This document shows, in pieces, positions 11,636-26,089 of a stretch of DNA of 64,000 nt. How positions within the stretch are numbered: the stretch's first letter is position 1; each line of letters opens with the position of its first letter. The stretch is from Callorhinchus milii (lineage: Eukaryota), in NCBI RefSeq assembly GCF_018977255.1, contig NW_024704743.1, forward strand, positions 108,564,001 through 108,628,000. Direction: 5' to 3'. The notes below the pieces were generated by a model, which worked only from the letters and a program-made list of their open reading frames with translations, did no database searches and had not been told where the DNA came from. The translations under genes were made by a program, and so were the position numbers.

Positions 11636-14600
11636 TACGTGTAGAATAAATGTTTCACCCAGTCCCAGGAAGGAAACAGCTATCATCTATCAGGACATCT
11701 ATTAGGAAACCTCCTCGGAGCCAGCTATGTTTGAAATAAACCTGAAACAGTGCTCCAGAATGTGTTTTGTTAGTCAGGGATGCGGTGTGTGTATGTGAAG
11801 GAAGAATTACTCAGATTGAGAGGAGTTCATGACAGAGTATCTTGATTTAGAACTGGATTTGTTTTGTTGAGTCTTCAAGTAATTGCAGAAAAGCGGTAAC
11901 AATAAGTGAGCAACAATCATTCTCTTTGTGTGGCAGTCACTACACAAATGATGTTTGGGTCACTCATTACATTATCAACATTTCAGTTTAAATAATGAAG
12001 AATTTTGAATACAAAAAAGCTTGGATATGTTTGCACCCTGCAAAATGATACCCAAATCCCAATAAATTATTTCCTTTGTAAATTAGTAGTTCTTCACTTC
12101 TCAAAATGGTTGTGATGCTGAGAAGCCTTTTTGAAGTCTGCAATTACTTGTTGCAGCATTTCTGGATGCAGTGAAATGACTTATTCTTGGCCAAACTGAT
12201 CCAACAGAAAAAGCTGGACGCTGAGTATCAGTTTGTGTTGAAGTATGAAGCTATCAAATATAAAATAATTCTCCCATCAAACCAAACAGAAAGAAGAAAG
12301 AATAGAGAATCAGGGAAAATCAAATGTTCAGCAGTTAATCTAGTGGTAAAATTAAATTTTGACTCAAGGGACTTTTCTTTGGATTGATCGGTGCTTGTTT
12401 CATATTTACCAATGAATTTTCCCAAATTAAACTCAATAATTGACCTTAAAACATAAAGTCTGATGCCCACTCACTGTTCAACTTTGATTCTACAACATCT
12501 CACACTTGTGTATCACCTTTTATGTAATAATGTCTCACATCACTTGACTGATATACTACAGAACACCAACAAGAAGGGTAAAGACAGGTTGAAGGACTTT
12601 GATCAAAAGTACAATCAGTGATACTTTTTTAAAGTAATTTTCAAAGGTAGGGAGGGAGTAAGTAAGTCAAAGAGAATTCTTAATGTCTAAGCAAAAGGGC
12701 AGGGTTCTGACACTTGAAGGCTCACCACCTAGGATGGGAGAGTTGGAGTGGGGAATGAGCAATAAACTAGAAATGTACAGGCAGGAGCATTGTGTTGGAA
12801 GTGATTGCATAGTTAGGAGGGGCAGCAACATGAAGGGATTTGAAGGTAAAGGCAATGGATCTTAAAGTTGTACTCTGGGGTTGTACCTTAAACACAAACA
12901 GATTGATGATGAGAAAAGGCCTTCCAATGCTCATCTCTCAAGTATACCAGTTCTTCAATATCCACACCTAGTTGCATTTTGAATACACCAATGTTAGGCC
13001 TCATTCTACATGCTTGATGGATTATTTCTAACATGTATAACTCTTTGAATAAAGATATGTTTTCTGAAATCTGTTTTAAATTCGCTTTTCATTGATTTCC
13101 AATTCATGTCCATTATCACCATCCTTGCATTTGGTGTGATACATCATTAAAACATCTAAACCTTTTTTAATCTTTTATTTAACTGTTTGGTATCAACCAC
13201 TGCATTCGCCAAGTGATTCGAGACTTATTTTTCCACAAAGGCAACTATCTAAGCACCAGGTTGTTGTATTTCACATTCAGGTCCCGTGGAAATGTTGTAT
13301 GGGCTGCACTGAACACAAGCTGAGAATAGCTCATCGTGAATTCTGAGCAGGCGCTCTCTGCAAAATACTAAATTCTGTGTCAATAACGTTTTTTATGCAA
13401 TTGGTGAGTTACCGAGCAAATTCAGTGGTTAGAGAATTAGAGAAAAAACATCACTGCAGCTCCACTTCACAAGCTGTACAAGCCCAGTGTTGAGAGTTCA
13501 TGCTCAGAACACATTGAAATGCAGCCAGCTCCATTGTCAATGTGATAAACTGTACTGACAGAAATGTGATATGGCTCAGAATTTTAGACCCTTATTCATT
13601 AACCTCATTTGTCTAAAGCATAAAAAACTCAACAAATCCTTAATGGCTTCCAAAAATAGCTGCTATAAATCTGTTGGGATGCCTTAACCAATTGGACTTG
13701 TGCAGTAAGGCTTGAGAGCTTCTTTGGTGTTTCAGAGAACATCCTCACACACATCCAGACATTACTGCTCCAACCAAATGCAATTTGAAGGGAGAGGAAC
13801 AAGACATGTTGGTGCAGGCAGCAAGTCGGCTTTTGTTTTAATTTGTTTTTATTTCAAGATGTTTTCCATTTATTTTCCAGATGTATTTCATTTTATGAAT
13901 GATCTGGTGAGTTTTACGGCTCAATTAAATGCTACAAGCACGTTATTCAATTGGTGCCTATGTTATCTCAATGTGAGTTTGCAAACTGGAGTTCACATAG
14001 AATTGATTTGAATGCACAGCATTCGGCCTAAATAGCAAAACATTTGGCCTAAATAGTTTATGCTTGTGTTTGTGATCCAAATGAGCCCACACTTCCTAAT
14101 GCTCCCTCCTTAGGCTCTCATCTTCATATTCCCCTATTCCCTTCTCTCCTACATATGCATCCAGTTTCCTCTTAAATGTATTTGTTTCCTCCTGTATACC
14201 CCTAGCTCTTAATTCCTATGGACTGGACACTTAATTTCACTTCAGTCTCGATCTACTCTATGTAGCATTTTATAGCATCCAGAATTTAGCAAATTCTTAA
14301 ATACAGACTTAGAAGCTGATTTTCTGTAAGCTCTCTTGCTTCAGGAAACTGACTTCAAAGTAAAGACTGGATTCAATAATTTGTCAAATTCTGGTCAATA
14401 AAATGCATTAAAAGAGTAAATTTCAACCCAAGTGAAGTTTCTCCTCTACAGTTAAACACAACGGAGTCTCTGATTATGCACATAATCATGGCTGTATTTT
14501 GCAGTATCTGATACCACAGTCGGTGTTTTCCACAAATGATCTTTTCTCTTACCTTCATCTGGAACTGGAGTTATGTTGTAGAGATTGCACCAAATCAATG

Positions 14601-14866
14601 AAGAGATTATCTGAAGTCGGCATGAAGTCTTTACTGCAACTTATCTAGTAAAAACCTGTCACATTTAAAAGCTAAAATTTTCAATCCCTGTGGAGTCTCA
14701 TTTTTTGATATTTCTTGGCAGTATTCCTAAATAAGGTGACATTGACCTGGGCGAACATGGCTCTGATGCAATTAACTTTCAGAGCATATAGGAATCACAG
14801 GCCAACAGGTACAGGAGGAGACCATTCATCCTATCAAGCCTGTTTCATCAAAGCTGTTTCAGAAAT

Positions 14867-15263
14867 CCCCATCCTCGCCCGACTCCACTGGCTTCCCATC
14901 ACACTGAAGATACCGTTCAAAATCCTGGTCCTCACCTTCAAAGCCCTCCATGACCTTGCTCCCATCTACCTCTGCGACCTCCTAGCCCCCTACCAACTGC
15001 CTGCTCCCTCCAGTCAGCCACTCTGCCCCCACCCTCTGGAACTCCATCCTGCAGTCCCTCCATCTTGCTCCTTCTCTTGCCTCCTTCAAGACCCGTCTCA
15101 AGACCCTCCTATTCGACCGTGCTTTTGATCACCGTCCTTTCCCCCCTGTCCTCAACCCTTTGCGATCCCGACTCCCAGCTTGGGTACAAAACACTGATTG
15201 TTTCGCACCTTGGGACGTCCTCCCGATGTGAAAGGGATTATACAAATGTAATTTTGTTGTTGT
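14867..15263 (+). mobile_element. L2 LINE 3' end fragment
   Basis: Translates PILARLHWLPI...FKILVLTFKALH and ends ...GGGACGTCCTCCCGATGTGAAAG...TTTTGTTGTTG. Confidence 0.9.
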
Positions 15264-16364
15264 CATACCTCTCACACCATCTAACTTCATCTCCACAAAC
15301 AGTTTCTCCTCTAGCCCCCATACCACCTCATGCAGCGTTCCCCAGGGCTCTGTCCTTGGTCCCTTCCTCTTCAATATCTATATACTCCCTCTTGATCATC
15401 GTCCACAGACATTGGGTCACCTTCCACATGTATGCGGATGACACCCAACTCCATCTCTCTGCCTCCATCCCTGACTCCAGGACCACTGCTGTACTGACAG
15501 ACATCAAGTTCTGGATGAGAGCTAACTTTCTACAGTTGAAAGTCAACAAGACCGAGGCCCTCCTGATTGGTTCCCATCAGTGCCTCCACACTTTAGGCAC
15601 TGATAGCATCACCATCCAAGGATGCACACTCCAACTCGCCAAGCCAATCTGGAACCTTGGCATCTTGTTTGACCCTCAACTATATTTTCTACCCCACATC
15701 CATGCCATGATCCACTCTGCCTTCCCCACCTCCACATCATCCGGCTCCGCCACTGTCTCACACTGCAGGCTGCCGAGACCCTCATATACGCATTCATAAC
15801 ATCAAGTCTTGACTATGCAAACTCCCTGCTTGTCTTACTCCCCAGCACCTCCTTCCATAGGCCCCAGATCATCTAAAACTCTGTATCCGTGTCCTCTCCC
15901 ACACCAAACTCCCTGACCTATCACCCCATCCTCGCCTGACTCCACTGGCTTCCCATCAGATAGAGGATACAGTTCAAGATCCTGGTCTTCATCTTCAAAG
16001 CCCTCCTGGCCTTGCTCCCCCCCAACCGCTGCGACTTCCTAACCGCCTACCAACCTGCCCACTCCCTCCGCTCAGTGGGCTCCTGCCTGCTTCAGGTTCC
16101 CAACCTCGAACACCCCACCATTGGCACTCTGCCCCCACCCTTTGGAACTCAACCCTGCATTCCCTCCGCCTCGACCCACCCCCCCCCCACCTCCTAGAAA
16201 CTCTGTCTCAAAACCCTCCTCTTCGACCATGCCTTTGATAACCCTCCTTCCCCCTCTGCCCTCCACCCTCCTCGATCCCAACTCCCAGCTCGGGTCCGAA
16301 ACATTGATTGTCCAGCGACTTGGAATGTCCTCTGACGTGAAAGGAGCTATACAAATGGAATTTT
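15264..16364 (+). mobile_element. L2 LINE fragment (RT C-terminal half to 3' end), head-to-tail with the previous copy
   Basis: HMYADDTQL, NFLQLKVNKTEALLIGS; colinear with the 27.7-kb L2 through to the tail. Confidence 0.9.
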
Positions 16365-16371
16365 AAATAAA

Positions 16372-16507
16372 AAAACCTTGCACTTGACATAGCGGTTTTC
16401 ATGTCTTCTAAACGTCTCAAAGCACTTCACAGAATATACTGTAAAGCGAATTGACTGTACATTTGTGGGAGAAACGCAGCAGCCAATTGCACACAGCAGT
16501 GGCCCAC
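16372..16507 (-). mobile_element. SINE 3' fragment
   Basis: Reverse complement of the same tail, abutting an L2 3' end. Confidence 0.75.
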
Positions 16508-17135
16508 GAATTATGTTAAAAACGTTGAACATGAATCCTTCGAACCCCATGTTGCAAAAACACATGCTGGCATGCTCAAAAGTGAAGATCATTTACAGCC
16601 ATCTAGAAATGGGATCGTATTGATGAAATATTGACCAATGAAGCTATGGTCATTGAAAGAGACAAATTACAGCAGCAGTTACGAATTTACAGACTCGCCA
16701 GCAGCAATTTTAGTGAAACTGAGGTTGGAACAGCAGGGAATTTTCAGAAAAATAGGGAATTACTTTTAGCTAATGAGGAATAACATCACAGCAGCAGCAG
16801 CAGTCTAGTGAAAACCTAAACCAACTGGATATAATCGATGAGAAGCCAGTGAAGCAAGTTGCACGTACTATTATTAATGATAATAATAGAGCAAGACAGA
16901 AAAAAACAAATCGGCTTCCTTTAATCACAGTCGACGACCATTCTCTTACTCTGTGCTTTATAATCATGAACCAGTGTAACAAAATGAATCCATTCAGACC
17001 TTATAGAGGTGCAGTATATAAGATGCTAAATGGGATTGCAAAAGTAAACCCAGCCAATATTTTCAGATGCACCATAGCAGCAGGTTAAAACAACACAAAT
17101 CGAGAATTTTGAAATGCAATTTTAGGGCAAACAAA

Positions 17136-17750
17136 AGCAACTTGCATTTATATGACGCCCTTCACATCTCGGACTACGGAGTGCTTCACAGAGATTGCGT
17201 CAGATGGTGAACAAGGGAGGAGTGGGTGGGGAGGTTGTGGGAGGTAAGTGACTGTAAGTGTGGTTGAAGAATCAGCATTCAAAGACAAAATAGAAAGGGG
17301 AGAGGTTCCAAAGGGCATGGCACAGATGTTGAATGTTCGGCCACCTGTGGTGAGACGGAGGGCATGGGGGTCCAACAACAAACCTGAATTTGATGAGCAG
17401 AGGGGGCGGAGAGAAAAGTGGGGTAGGAGAAGATCACCTGCAGAGGAAGGCGCTAGGATGTGAATTGATAGGTGAAATGGAGATTGATTCATTGGGAGAC
17501 AGAAAGACAATGAAGCATGGCAAGAACAACAACAACAAAATTACATTTGTACAATGCCTTTCATGTTGGAAGGACATCCCAAGGCACTGAACAGTGGGGA
17601 TCAGGACCTGACATGAGGGCAGGGTTGGAATGAGGGAAAGCAGAGAGGTTGGAGGGCAGCTGAAGGCATGGTCGAAAAGAAGGGTCTTGAGTTGTGCCTT
17701 GAAGGAGGCAAGGGAGGGAGCAATGTGAATGAATTGTGGAATGGAGTTCC
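17136..17750 (-). mobile_element. two adjacent L2 3' fragments
   Basis: Tails at ~17136 (CAACTTGCATTTATAT) and ~17525 (AACAACAACAAAATTACATTTGT...GGACATCCCAAGGC). Confidence 0.65.
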
Positions 17751-19109
17751 AAAGAAGTATAGTTTTTCACACAGAAAGGGTTTCAGCAACAGTTTGATGC
17801 TGTAACAAGAGAAAAGTTGCCCGACAGATGCAGAATGTTTAGAATTCAATGCCTTTTTGCTGCCTAAATGCCTTACAGTCTTTGAAGATCTAGATGGTTC
17901 AATAAGCTCACCTTTATTTCCTACACTAGGGTAAAAATTATTCCATTGGTGCAATATAATACATCAAATCTGGTATGAAACATCACATTTTTCCATCTGT
18001 TCCCAAAGTGGCCAAGGGACCAAAAAGCTTTCTCCCAATTTTGGCTAAATGCTTTGGTCGATCAGAAATGTTCATTGGCCACAGTAGAAGTACTTAGCAG
18101 GGCTAGTCCTGCTTCACGGCATACCAGGAGTAAGTTGGTATTGTTAGCTACAATATGGCACTGATCACTGTGATCAGGAGCTGAAACCAAAGGGAGAAAT
18201 CTTTGTGTTACCTTACAGTTCCAGTGGTGGTCATAGAGAGCTTCACCCAACCACTGAGCTGAAGTCGTGGGGAGGTGTAGTGGAGGAGGTTAATATCCAA
18301 CCCAAGTTGATTATCATCAGCTTCACTGTATTATTATTTGTTATTATTAAGTACCTGGGATGTTTTGAGTGTCTTTGTAACTCACTGGCAGAATTCTCGT
18401 CTCCTTTGCAATATGGCATAACCTTTCATAATGAGGTCTTGTGAAATTTGCACCGTTTCACCCACAAAATACAGTCAATCCACTTTACAATATATTCTGT
18501 GAAGCGCTTTGCGACGTCTCAATGATGTGGTAAGGCGCTATATCAAATGCAAAGATTATTATTTTTGAAGCTCTCTGAGCACTTTGAGATGTTTCAATGA
18601 CATGATTAAAGTACTATATTAAATGTAAGCATTATTATTTATTATTATCATTATTCATTGTGAAGAGAAGCCAGAAAAGGAAAGTGTAAAGTATTCTTCG
18701 TATCCCATTGGTAAAGATAACCTCAACTTGCTAGTCGTGAGTTAAGCAGCTCAGCATTGCCGCTGAAATACAGATATTTATGCGTATGCTATTTGTACAC
18801 AATGCAAATGATGTGAACACAAGTTTAAAGTCAACAATCTTGACAAAGTACTGCTGGCTTTTTAGTGTCGAGCATGTCGAGTCAGTGATTTTGTTTTGGA
18901 AATGTTTCTTCTCTCTTCCTCTCCTGAAGCGAATTCACGCTGAGGTGTAGACCCATGGGTCCTGGCAACGCTCCAGAACCTCATCAAGGTGACATTCCTC
19001 ACATGAGCTCAGTGAATGCTGTTCAAAGATAGATAGTACTACAACCATGCCCTGTTCTATTCCTATATGACATCCACACACACACACTTCTTCTGGCAGA
19101 GATCTTGCA

Positions 19110-19255
19110 GACATGAGAGAGATGGGAATAGAGGATTATGGGGGGGAGGCTAGGAAAGGGGATGCATTGGATGGATGGACACTCAGATGGAGTACAAACA
19201 CCAGAACATATTAGTTGGTCCGAATGGCCTAGTTCAGTGCTGTAGATAATGTGTC
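19110..19255 (+). mobile_element. CR1-like LINE 3' end relic
   Basis: GGAGTACAAACACCAG...TTGGTCCGAATGGCCT...GTGCTGTA resembles CR1 3' termini. Confidence 0.5.
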
Positions 19256-19349
19256 TAATTTTATATAGGTCATTAGACAGAGATCAGGAGCAGGCCCAGA
19301 GGTAAAGTTCCACAAGCTCCAGTTATGTGAATGATCAATTTATGTGGAG

Positions 19350-19495
19350 GATGTCCTTCTCTTCTTGAATTGTGCCATGGGATAGTTAAACCTCCACTAG
19401 CAGAGTAGGCAAACAGGGACATGGTTTAACATCTCATTCAAAGGCTGGCACTGCCAACAATACAGCGCTCCACAGTACTGCACTGGAGTCTCAAT
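19350..19495 (-). mobile_element. Deu-domain SINE core fragment
   Basis: GTGCCATGGGAT...GGTTTAACATCTCATTCAAAGG...CAGTACTGCACTGGAG. Confidence 0.6.
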
Positions 19496-21589
19496 GGAGG
19501 AACACTAAGGCAACTGCAGCTCCTCTGCTGTTGGGCCAATTGAAAGAATTAATTATTAATTGATCATTAATCTCATTGCTGTCTGTACAATGACACTGGT
19601 GTTGTGTGGATCAGCTGCCATATTTGCCTACATACACCAGCGGCAGAAACTTGGGATGTCCTCCTGACATAAAAGGCACCATACAAATATAATTTTGTAT
19701 TGCATTGTATACCAACAGTCGCTATACTTCAGAGTAACTTATTCTTTGAAGTACTGTTGAGATATTTGGCTGTGATTAGACACTGTATCAAATTCAGGTA
19801 TTATTACTAATTTTATTGCAATCATCAAACATCTGCCAGACTTGCTTACATTTGAATGTAATACTCATTTCTTTGGGGGAGCAATAAGCAACGGAAAATC
19901 TTTTACTCCTCATTGCCACAAAATGGGTAGTTCAGGATTTTCGAAGGATCCTCCTTTCAACAGCAGCAGCCCTACCAAGACATTGCCTAGAGAACTAATA
20001 TGCAATAGCTTCCCAGTATTAGTAAGAGTGATGGAGATGGAACTCAGGTTTTAGTAAACCTTACATTTTCATGCACTGTTTGTGACAAAATGCCTAGGCA
20101 GCAGGACATTCCCAGAAGGTGTGTTTAAATGGCCTAATTTTCATATGTGCAAAGGCAGCAGTTCCTATGGTATGTATTATTCAGTCTGTGAAGCTTTACA
20201 GGAATTAAGTATACTCACTGAAGTGTTTTAAATTGAAAGAATTTCTTGTTGGTGACCCCAATAGCCATGTAAGCATTCCTCCAGCCAGCCAGCCTCTGTC
20301 CCCCAAGTGATGTTCAAAGATATTCTGAGTTCCCTCTTCATTGCTTGCTGACATCCAATGTCAATTGTTTTAACTCTCCTAAGTAATTTCTCTTTAACAA
20401 CCTGTGTGCGGTTAGAAACATTTTATATTGTTGTAGGTTAGTTTATTGATACACTGGGGGGGTGGCGGGTGGGGGAAGACAGGGAAATTATTACTATTGG
20501 TAATGATAATAACAATCCTTGCATATAATACAGCTCCTTTCACATCAGGAAGATGTCTCAAAGTGTTTCACGGAACAAAACATTTTCACATCACACACCA
20601 TTTTCCCCTCAGGTTGCTTGTGTCAGGTTAGCTTTGGTGGCTTACACTCTTCTATTTTGCCTGAGGCAGACGACAAAGATAATAGGAAAGAGCCAGAGTT
20701 GAAGGACTATTACTGAAATGAGCACAGAGGCTGGTATTGGTTATTCTTCAGTACAGAGTCCAGACTTGATCCATTAGTGCTCTCTGTGCACTTTATCGCT
20801 TGGTTTAAAAGTACTGGATTAAAATCACACTTTGATTGTTGTTCAAATGCTTCAGTGCATGTCTGGATGTCCGTATGCAAAAGGTATTGACTTTTAAAGT
20901 GAAGCTTTATGATCTGGAATTCATACCTTCCTCCCAATTTAGTCTTTACAAAGTGCAGTTAGCCATGAAAACATCGCAAGTGCCAATAGCATTAGGGTGC
21001 TCTCTACCCTAATGCCTAATCTCTCATGCTTTTCCAAGACATTCACTCCTCCCTCTGTTCACAGAGCCTACACATGTTGAGGGACGTGTTGCTATCAGTG
21101 ACACTTCTTTACGTTGGAAAATGCCAATGTGTTCAGTGTCTGTAGAGACTGGAGGTCCCATTAGCAGGAGATATATTAAACTGGTTACAAATGTCAGGGT
21201 CTTTGCTGTAAACAGTGCAATCTTAGAAAACACTCTTAATTTATAAAACTACTTTGGCAGAACTATTGCTTTTTTTCAGGAGTTCGAATCAGAGATATAT
21301 GCATGATTGTGGATGTCAAGGTTCCAATGGTGACAACAGCTGGTAAGAACAGATAAATGCTTAACAGCTGTTCCTGGTGGATTTGGGCCTGAAAATTGAC
21401 TGACTGGAAGAGATAAGGTTGTTGTGTGACATCTGCGCAAGTACCTTCTTTTGCACCGCTCTTCTGCTCCTCTTCATGCTGTCTGCTTGCTCTGATGCCA
21501 TCACCATCATAGGCAACTTTAAAATGAATAGATATTAATAGACAAAGAATAAACAGATCAATTGAAGGCATACTTGTACCACCTTCAGC

Positions 21590-22080
21590 CCACGTTTAAG
21601 CCTTTTACCTGGTCCCTCATTAGGTCAGCTTTTCTCCACCTCTGCCTCCATACCTACCTCACCCTCAGATGAAACTCTCAACCTCGCTTTTGTCACCTCC
21701 AAACTTGATTTCTCCATTGCGCTCCTAGTTCAACCCTCCACAAACATTTAGAACTCCTCACAACAGACTCCGTAAGCTTATCAACCTCATCCTCACCAGC
21801 CTCTATGGGATTTGCTTCTAGATCCTCATTATCACGGTAAATGTCTCCTTAGCCTTGCCCCACCTCCTGCATCCTACTTCCCTGTCTATTCCCTCTGCAA
21901 TGCTTGGTGGTCGAACTTACAGACACTTTGCTCAATTTCTCTGGAATAATCTCGCAAAATCCTTCCGCCTCACATCCCACTCCTCTTTGCTTTCAAACCT
22001 CATCTAAAAAACATTTTCTTTGAATATGCATTCGATCCCCTTACTCTTACCCATCCACCCATCTATCTTCCACCCTGGAT
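21590..22080 (+). mobile_element. degenerate L2 3' fragment
   Basis: C/T-rich sequence colinear with L2 (GCTTTTGTCACCTCCAAACTTGA..., CTCTGGAATAATCTC). Confidence 0.55.
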
Positions 22081-23049
22081 TCATTATTTTATCCAAATGA
22101 TTTTGTTGGCCACTTTACCCAAAGAAGTTCCCTCCTCTTTTCAAATATTAAACAGTGCCATGCGATCTTTAATTCTACCTGAACAGGCAGACAGAACCTT
22201 GGCATGTCAACCTGTTCCAGACCATGCGATCAAATTTACAATGCTTGAACCCATAATCTTTAACCCAGATTTAGGAGTACAAGGTTGGCTTGGATGAAGA
22301 AAGCTATTTGGCACATTTGATTTTATCTTCCCAGTGTAGCAACTGAGCTAAACTGACAACAAAATTACCTGGAACTTTGTGAAATAAGGTACCTGCAGAA
22401 AAATCATCTTCTCAAACCAAAATGAAGAAATAAACATTATCTAGTACTACTTAAGAAGTAAACATTATCCTCACATACCCAGACAGTTTTAATCAATCAT
22501 TTTAAAAGCTGCAGAACCTATCAATTTTGATTTGAAAAAACTCTATTTATAACCTACTAGGTGACCCAAAAACTTGTTATACCATTACAATGTCTAATAA
22601 GTCTTAAAGAAATGATGATGATATATATATTTAGATAAGAGGGTAGCTTCACACATTTTTGGTCATCCTGTAATTTCCTTTTAGCCTCTACTTCGCTACA
22701 CTACTTTTGGTTATTTTTAGAACATGCTTTCAAAGACAGCTGAATATTAACGTAACTAAATTGAGAGCAGGGATTAGGAAAGTGCTCAGAGACCTTAACC
22801 TATATGAAGGGCACTATATATGTGCAGCTTGTTTTGTTATTGTATGTGTACTGTGAGGAGGGTTTATGGAAACTGGGTACGTTAACAGTGGAAAAGAGGT
22901 GGCTCAAGGGGAGGTTTTATTTAAATTCTCCCTATGCTGATCAATTTGAAGAAAAAAAAAACAAATGGTACATTTAACATAACCACAAAATGTACAACAA
23001 AGGATCCCCACTTAAACTTGGAAGAGAAAAGGAAATTGGACAGCTGGAA

Positions 23050-23398
23050 TGCATGTAGTCTAAACTGACAATCCCAGTGCAGTGCTGGGGGTGTGCTGCA
23101 TTGTCAGAGATATTGTCCTTTGGATGGGTGTTAAACCAAGTTCCCATCTGCCTTTTCAGGTGCATGTTAAAGATTCTACAGCAGTATTTCAAAAGAAAAG
23201 AGATGTTCCACCAGTGCCCCGGCCATCAATCCCCTAGATAAAATTGGTTATTCACTACATGGTTGTTTGTGGGACATTGTGCACAAATTGGCTGCTGTGT
23301 TCACCTGGAAGTACACAGTCACTACACTTTACAGTATATTGGGGTGCTTTGAGACATCTTCCCAATATTAAAAGAACTATACCAAATGTAAGAATTAT
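23050..23398 (+). mobile_element. Deu-domain SINE (head missing)
   Basis: GTGCTGCATTGTCAGAG...GGATGGGTGTTAAACCAAG...TTCAGGTG...AAAGAT, then tail. Confidence 0.7.
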
Positions 23399-24782
23399 CA
23401 AATACATACCGAGACCATCACAGAGGATTGACTCTCTTCTGATATTTGCTTGCCCAGCATTTTACCTTGATGTCAGTTTGGAAAGTGATTTAAATTACTT
23501 TAGGACCAATGGTTTCTGTGTTTTCTTTTTTGAAATTAATATTCTCCTTCCATTTCAGGGCTTAATACTGTATTTTCCTTTATTTGAGTGCTGGTAATAA
23601 TTTTGGTCCTAAATCACATCAATTCAACTATTCTTGGGCTAGACATTTGCATTAAAGGTCAAACTGTGTAGATTGTGAAACTAAAGGAATCAAAACACTA
23701 AAGATAGGAAGCATAAAGTTTGTTGTAAGGTGTTAGTGTTTGGGTATTCACGTTGGGGCAACATACAGTAGAAATGTGACTTAAAAAGAGCACATAAAAG
23801 ATACAACAGGAAATCAAGATGGATATCTGTGCCTGGAATTGCTACGTGAGGAGCAATTTGTTCTTTTGTTGAGAAATAATGGTCACTGGCTTTGCATGAA
23901 AGAGTGCTGACGAGACCTCGGCTTTGAAATGGAGACTTTAATCAGAACTCTTAACAGGAAAGCCGCAAAATATTGCAAAAGTTGTAATTAACCACTAATG
24001 CATCATCAATCATCAAATGATCAGGACATTAGTACTGGTGGCTGCTTTCTGACCACTTACTAGACAATTTCCCCTATCTATTATTAACTGCACATGGCTG
24101 GTTTCTGTTAAGAGATTACCTCAGAAATAAATATTTCTAGTAACAATATAACAGTATTATTACTAGAAATATTATTATAAATGTTTCTAGTAAATGAAAA
24201 GACATTAAAAATCCCCCCGATTGGGTCTATCTGGACAAATCACTGTGAGCATTGCCTTGCTTCCTGTTAAGGACTATGCTTTGTGTTGGCTGCCTGTTTT
24301 CATGTCCCCCAATGCTCATCACCTAAATTACATCTTATATTTTTTCATCTCACGCCCTACACAGTTGCTGCAGTAACTGCCCAATTAGAGATCACTGCAC
24401 CTGATATGCATGCGGGACAGTAATAACATTTAAATAGGTTTTGAAAGAAGAATAATCGGGACATACAGTTCATCATTAGCATTGGGGAGTGGGAATAACT
24501 GGCTTGTTTTACTAATGAGTATGAGGAGCACTCTGTTGACTGCCGAACTGAAAGCAGCTCTCATCAGTGCTGACTTACTTGGCTTCTAAACAACTTGGTC
24601 TTCACTGCTCTCCATTCATGATGGTGCAAACACTCATCTCTGTGTTGCTGAAAGTCAAGAACTTATTTAATTCTACATTAATCATCCGGGTGAATTTCAG
24701 CTGAACTCACGAATGATCACTTGGAATGAATAAAAATCCCTGCGATCTTATTTGTTTTTTTGAAAAAAATCTTTTCTCCTTA

Positions 24783-24976
24783 GGCTTCGTTCAGTTGGTA
24801 GCACTCTCTCCCCAGGTCAGAAGGTTGGGGGTGCAGATCCTATGACTGGGGTTTTGAGCTCTTGCTCTCGGTTGACACTTCAGTACAGTTCTGGGGGAAT
24901 GCTGCATTGTTGGAGGTGTTATTCTTCAGATGAAAACTAAGGTTCAGTCTGCTTGTTCAGATGGACATTAAAGATT
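24783..24976 (+). mobile_element. Deu-domain SINE 5' part
   Basis: TTCAGTTGGTAGCACTCTC...GTCAGAAGGTTG...GCTGCATTGTTGGAGGTG. Confidence 0.7.
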
Positions 24977-26089
24977 TGGGACAGAAGAATTATCTTTCAT
25001 TAGATCATCTCAAAACTCTAATCACTTCTTCTTATTAAAAACTACTATCTGTTGTATTTCTACTACAACCTCCAATCTATCTTTATTCCATTGCAGCCTC
25101 CCCTCAATCTGTCATTCATTCATTAAAAAGTCTTCGTAATTGCTTTTCAAACCCTGATCTTACATTAGTGCAAGTCTTGGTTTCTCAGTCAGACTGAAAT
25201 TAATAGTTAATGTTTCCTTTGATACAGCTGTGCATACATCTAAAAGTCTGTCTTTGTTATGGTATTTCTAAAAGCAGAGTTTTCCATTTTTAGACTCTGG
25301 AGTAAGTGGTATCTTGAAAATTGAGATTTATTTTCACTTTTTAATCTTCAACAATTTTCCTTGGCTTCTTGTCTCCCAGTGCTATTTATTCTTGCTGGGT
25401 ACAGATCCATAAGTGTTGGCGCCCTGGTATTGGCATCTCATTTAAGTGGCTATTCTTCACATCTGAATATGGAGAGTGACAACCTATTCAGCTGTAAAGG
25501 GAATCTGAAACAAATTGATCATCTTCTCATCCAACATCCACATCTCCACATTTTTCAACAGAGAGCACTGGATAGTGATCAGGAACACGAGCCCTGGATC
25601 ATGTTTCTTCACTCTAGCCTAAGGGGCATTAGGTCTAAATGTTAAATTTAATACATTTTCCATAATTCTGCACAAACTTACATTTAAATTTTACATTGCT
25701 TCAAGGCTAAGACTATGAGATATTTCAAGCTTCTGCTGGTCTGTATTGCTCAGTGCAAAACCAGGTGATGCCTTCAACTACTAAGCTATAGCCATTATTT
25801 TTCTGGCTTTGGATAAATTTCCCTTGAATAATGTAGTGTAATAGGTGAATTTTTTTTATCAGATGACAGTTTTATTTCATTAACTTTGCTTCTATTTTCA
25901 TGTCAAGATATTCATTCATTATGACATATTTAATTGTAGCTTCTAATTTGACAAACATTTCTAGCAGATGCAACAACATGAATTGACTCTAATCTGTTAA
26001 CTTTATCCAAAAGTTAATTTTTTCAGAAGATGATATTCACTGATGTTTGCTTCTTACAAACATCATGTGCATAAGAAAAGCCTTGGGAT

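Noticed and set aside
20989..21015. 10-bp perfect hairpin GCATTAGGGT/ACCCTAATGC
   Set aside because: Too short for a pre-miRNA and plausible by chance in 64 kb.
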